64,000 bases of DNA, taken from positions 13,185,579 through 13,249,578 of the forward strand of contig NC_043026.1 in NCBI RefSeq assembly GCF_006345805.1, given 5' to 3'. Source of the DNA: Octopus sinensis. Taxonomy: Eukaryota. The notes below the pieces were generated by a model. That model saw nothing but the letters and a program-made list of their open reading frames with translations. It made no database searches and had not been told where the DNA came from. Shown piece after piece: positions 59,170 through 64,000 of the stretch. Position 1 is the stretch's first letter. Each line of letters opens with the position of its first letter. The translations under genes and the position numbers were made by a program.

Positions 59170-59330
59170 GCTTCATAAGTGAATACTTACAGAAATTTGT
59201 TTCTATCGAGGTTAAATATCGATTTGGCTTCAACAGTGGACATGAGAAGCAGAAAACCAGGAACAAAGGTGCGAAGAAGGCGGATACCACCTTTACTGCG
59301 CTTGCGTAGAACCGACATCGCTTTCCCATA
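59170..59330 (-). promoter_or_regulatory. Putative promoter/exon 1 of gene 7 (CTACGCAAGCGCAG 59309-59296; donor GTAAGT 59190-59185)
   Basis: atttctGTAAGTattc matches the donor context of genes 2-4. Confidence 0.55.
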
Positions 59331-59371
59331 GAATATCAGTTTCGAATTCTGGCACGAGGCCAGCAATTTCG

Positions 59372-59796
59372 GGCACTACTAGCGAACAGTGGTCCCGGTG
59401 CGCGCACACGCGCTAGCTAGTCGTAATTAGTCGATCCTAAATAATTTTTTTAAAACTAAGTAAATAAATTATTTTTGAGTGGCCGTGTGGTAAGTAGCTT
59501 GTTTACCAACCGCATGGTTCCGGGTTCAGTCCCACTGCGTGGCACCTTGGGCAAGTGTCTTCTACTATAGCCTCGGACTGACCAAAGCCTTGTCAGTGGA
59601 TTTGGTAGACGGAAACTGAAAGAAGCCCGTCGTATATACGTATATATATATATATATGTATGTGTGTCTGTTTGTCCCCCTAGCATTGCTTGACAACCGA
59701 TGCTGGCGTATTTATGTCCCCGTTACTTAGCGTTTCGGCAAAAGAGACTGATAGAATAAGTACTGGGCTTCCACATAATGGAAGCAGCCCGTCGTA

Positions 59797-59829
<33 letters not shown>

Positions 59830-61132
59830 GGCGAAGTTTCGCATGTCGTAGCTCAGATTTCCGTCGATTTCCGTAAAAAAACTTTTATTTTTTTACATAA
59901 GTAATGAGAGCGAAAGAGACTAAGAGGAAGCAATTTTATGACGAGGGAAGTTTGTCTTTGAAGTTACCGTCTAGGGGAAGCATTGATGTACATGTGTGTG
60001 TGTGTGTGTGTGTTTGATGGGGTGTGGGAGACAGTATGTTGTGTAAGTGAAGTGCTTCTGTTAGTGTGTGCGAAGAGACAGAGAGAGTAATGTGTGAAAG
60101 AGAGAGATAACTGATTTTTTACTCGGTGTATGTGTATATGTATGTATGCATGTATGTGTGTGTGTGTGTATGTATCTATGTATGTGTGTGTGTGTAAGTA
60201 TGTGTGTGTGTATGTATGTATGTATGGCCGATTCATCGTAATTTTTTACTCGGTGTATGTGTATATGTATGTCTGCATGTATGTGTGTGTGTGTATGTAT
60301 CTGTGTATGTGTGTGTGTGTATGTATGTATGTGTGTATGTATGTATGGTCGATTCAGTGTAATTTTTTACTCGGTGTATGTGTATATGTATGTCTGCATG
60401 TATGTGTGTGTGTGTGTATGTATCTATGTGTGTGTGTGTAAGTATGTGTGTGTGTATGTATGTATGTATGTATGTGTGTGTGTGTATGTATCTATGTATG
60501 TGTGTGTGTGTATGTATGTATGTTTGGCCGATTCATCGTAATTTTTTACTCGGTGTATGTGTATATGTATGTCTGTCTCTTCGCACACTAACAGAAGCAC
60601 TTCACTTACACAACATACTGTCTGTCTCCCACACCCCATCAAACACACACAGGCCGACTTCAAAGAGAAACCTTCTCGTCGTAAAATCGCTTCCTCTTAG
60701 TCTCTTTCGCTCTCATTACTTATGTAAAAAAAATAAAAGTTTTTTACGGAAATCGACGGAAATCTGTGCTACTACAACCGAAACTATGCCATATATATAT
60801 ATATATATATATGCGTGTGTGTGTTTGTCCCCCTAGCATTGCTTGACAACCGATGCTGGTGTATTTATGCCCCCGTTACGTAGCGGTTCGGCACAACAGA
60901 CCGATAGAGTAAGTACTGGGCTTACAAAGAATAAGTCCCGGGGTCGAGTTGCTCGATTAAAGGCGGTGCTCCAACATGGCCGCAGTCAAATGACTGAAAC
61001 AAGTAAAGGAGTAAAGAGAGAGAGAGTAAACTAAGATTAGAATTAAAATGTCGTTTTTGGATCGACTACTTACGACTAGCTAGGACGGATGCGCGTGTGA
61101 GCGCACCGGGACCACTGTTCGCTAGTAGTACC
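59372..61132. mobile_element. Non-autonomous Merlin-type element, ~70-bp TIRs, 8-bp TSD, with nested insertions
   Basis: TIR gg(c/t)actactagcgaacagtggtcccggtgcgc; flanks caatttcg (59364-59371) and caaattcg (61133-61140). Confidence 0.8.
59830..60790. mobile_element. MITE with ~230-bp TIRs and a compound microsatellite core (four ~120-180-bp higher-order units at 60115-60575)
   Basis: ggc(g/at)a(a)gtttcg...gatttccgtcgatttccg at both ends; sits in the (TA)n of a family C SINE. Confidence 0.75.
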
Positions 61133-61256
61133 CAAATTCGGAGGTCGGGATTCAAATGGCAGAATTTTTAAAGTACTTTACTTGTTTCGGTCATAAGACT
61201 GCGGCCATGCTGGAGCACCACCTTTAGTCGCAGAAATCGAACTGACGATGCTTGGG

Positions 61257-61295
<39 letters not shown>

Positions 61296-61439
61296 CATAG
61301 ATACATATCAAAATAAGCAACAAGGATATCCTTGTTGCTTATTTTGATCCTAATCACTTTATTTTGAAATTGTATGGATGATACTGTACTAAATTCTGGT
61401 GCCTCAACTTAAGTACCATATTCATCTGAATTTAAATTT

Positions 61440-61486
61440 TTGCTGAACTTATATACCATACATATATATCTATATATACATATATA

Positions 61487-61539
<53 letters not shown>

Positions 61540-61697
61540 ATATATATACCTATATATATATGTATATATACATAAATATATATGTGCAGATGTGTACACA
61601 CATATATGCATGCATATATATGTATATACACACACACATACATATATATATACACACATACTTAATATATATATATATATATACACACACACATACA

Positions 61698-61732
<35 letters not shown>
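61440..61732. repeat. Compound (TA)n/(CA)n microsatellite
   Basis: Direct inspection. Confidence 0.95.
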
Positions 61733-61738
<6 letters not shown>

Positions 61739-62151
61739 GGCACTCCATTGGTTACAACAGGGTTTCCAGTTGATCCAATGAACAGAACAGCCTACTCATG
61801 AAATTCATGTGTAAGTGGCTGAGCTTTCCACAAACACATGTACCCGTAACATATTTTTCGGGGACATTGAGTGTGACAGAGTGTGTAACAAGGGTGGCCC
61901 TTTGAAATACAGCTACAACAGAAACAAGCAGAAAGAGTGAGAGAAAGCTGTGTTGAAAGAGTATAGCAAGGTTTGCCAACAGCCCCTGTTGGAACCTCGG
62001 GTAGCTTTAGGTGTTTTCACTCAATAAACACTCACAGGACCCGGTCTGGGAATCGAAGCTACGATCCCACAACTACAAGTCTGCTGCCCTAACCACTGGA
62101 CCATTGCACCTCCACACACACACACACATATATACATATCTTAATATATAA

Positions 62152-62487
62152 CCATCCGAACGTGGCCATGCCAGTGCCGCCCCAACTGGCTTCCGTGCTG
62201 GTGGCACGTAAAAAGCACCATCCGACCGTGGCCGTTTGCCAGCCTCGCCTGGCCTCCGTGCCGGTGGCACGTAAAAAGCACCATCCGACCGTGGCCGTTT
62301 GCCAGCCTCATCAGGCACATAAAAAGCACCCACCACACTCACGGAGTGGTTGGTGTTAGGAAGGGCATCCAGCCGTAGAAACATTGCCAGATCAGACTGG
62401 GCCTGGTGCAGCCTTCTGGCTTCCCAGTTGCACCGTCCAACTCATGCTAGCATGGAAAGCGGATGCTAAACGATGATGATGATGATG
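62152..62487 (+). mobile_element. Family M repeat with ~3 minisatellite units
   Basis: Units plus core plus (GAT)n. Confidence 0.8.
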
Positions 62488-62519
62488 ATATATACATAAT
62501 ATATATATTATATAGTAGT

Positions 62520-62960
62520 CACAGCTCATGTCTCACTGCTATGTAGCGTTGCTGTTCGTTAGAATGTTTTCCCTGCATTTGTTCCGTTTGCTGGGTCTTT
62601 GAGTTTCTATACCTTTCCTTTCCAGACTGGTTTCTTTCCTTGAGTCCTTCTAACTCTAAGCGTGAAGTCACTAACCACTTACCTATGTTGAGTTGTACAT
62701 TCTTCGTCTGGTAAAGACTTTACATTTACAAACATCTATCCATTCTGTTTCCTGGTGACAACATAATCTAGCCAGCACACCCACCAGATTGGTAGGTGAT
62801 TGGGTGGTTCTTTTGTTTCCTTCAGTTAATTTTGCAGATCATCAAATCGTTTGCATCTCAGTACTCTAACAGCCTTGCTCCCTATTCATTTCTAGAGCCA
62901 AAGCCATAACCTCCGTGCACCCAATGAAATCCATTGTAGAGCTGCCTAAAATGTCTGTTA
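62520..62960 (-). mobile_element. RTE LINE APE endonuclease fragment
   Basis: GFHWVHGGYGFGSRNE*GARLLEY...ITYQSG...EECTTQHR. Confidence 0.65.
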
Positions 62961-62967
62961 GTCACAA

Positions 62968-64000
62968 GGCGGTGTGTTGGCAGAAGTGTTAGCACGCCGG
63001 GCGAAATGCTTAGCGGTATTTCGTCTACCTTTACGTTCTGAGTTCAAATTCCGCCGATGTCGACTTTGCCTTTCATCCTTTCGGGGTCGATAAATTAAGT
63101 ACCAGTTACGCACTGGGGTCGATGTAATCGACTTAATCCATTTGTCTGTCCTTGTTTGTCCTCTCTGTGTTTAGCCCCTTGTGGGTAGTAAAGAAATAGA
63201 TATTTCGTCTGCCGTTACGTTTTGAGTTCAAATTCCGCCGATGTCGACTTTGCCTTTCATCCTTTCGGGGTCGATAAATTAAGTACCAGTTACGCACTGG
63301 GGTCGATGTAATCGACTTAATCCATTTGTCTGTCCTTGTTTGTCCTCTCTGTGTTTAGCCCCTTGTGGGTAGTAAAGAAATAGGTATTTCGTCTGCCGCT
63401 ACGTTCTGAGTTCGAATTCCGCCGATGTCGACTTTGCCTTTCATCCTTTCGGGGTCGATAAATTAAGTACCAGTTACGCACTGGGGTCGATGTAATCGAC
63501 TTAATCCATTTGTCTGTCCTTGTTTGTCCTCTCTGTGTTTAGCCCCTTGTGGGTAGTAAAGAAATAGGTATTTCGTCTGCCGCTACGTTCTGAGTTCGAA
63601 TTCCGCCGATGTCGACTTTGCCTTTCATCATCCCTTCGGGGTCGATAAATTAAGTACCAGTTACGCACTGGGGTCGATGTAATCGACTTAATCCATTTGT
63701 CTGTCCTTGTTTGTCCTCTCTGTTTTAGCCCCTTGTGGTAGTAAAGAAATAGATATTTCGTCTGCCGTTACGTTTTGAGTTCAAATTCCGCCGATGTCGA
63801 CTTTGCCTTTCATCCTTTCGGGGTCGATAAATTAAGTACCAGTTACGCACTGGGGTCGATGTAATCGACTTAATCCATTTGTCTGTCCTTGTTTGTCCTC
63901 TCTGTGTTTAGCCCCTTGTGGGTAGTAAAGAAATAGATATTTCGTCTGCCGTTACGTTTTGAGTTCAAATTCCGCCGATGTCGACTTTGCCTTTCATCCT
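62968..64000 (+). repeat. Deu/Nin-like SINE head followed by >=5 tandem 184-bp units (runs off the window)
   Basis: tatttcgtct at 63017, 63201, 63385, 63569, 63754, 63938. Confidence 0.95.

Noticed and set aside
59964-61801. Long C/V/Y/M/I/H/T-rich ORFs
   Set aside because: Dinucleotide microsatellite translations.

Overview
AT-rich, microsatellite-rich eukaryotic DNA. It is most likely an octopus-type coleoid cephalopod; this is inferred from the single-coding-exon, KRAB-less C2H2 zinc-finger cluster and from repeat families I recall, not from a database search. The window holds seven C2H2 ZNF ORFs: five on + (325, 5558, 13571, 22675, 36543) and two on - (46658, 56424). Genes 1-4 and 7 are paralogs sharing a short N-terminal leader, a constant 4-finger core and a homologous splice acceptor/5'UTR. 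Genes 2, 3, 4 and 7 also show a homologous upstream non-coding exon/promoter module. The intergenic DNA is a dense transposon graveyard: CR1, RTE, R4/Dong and Penelope-like retroelements, Merlin, Tc1/mariner, MULE, piggyBac-type MITEs, a Helitron-like element, at least five SINE families, several tandem arrays and long hairpins. The most notable observations are (i) a ~270-bp TSD-flanked insert with a hammerhead-ribozyme-like core, in sense orientation in the inferred intron of ZNF gene 6, plus a second hammerhead core near 32 kb; (ii) gene 6 apparently restarting from an out-of-frame ATG after decay of its 5' fingers; (iii) a shared nonsense codon with an in-frame finger behind it in genes 2-4; (iv) patchy gene conversion and recognition-helix diversification around an invariant core; and (v) a Merlin transposase relic with nested GG-terminated MITEs. 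All alignments, counts and folds were done by eye.
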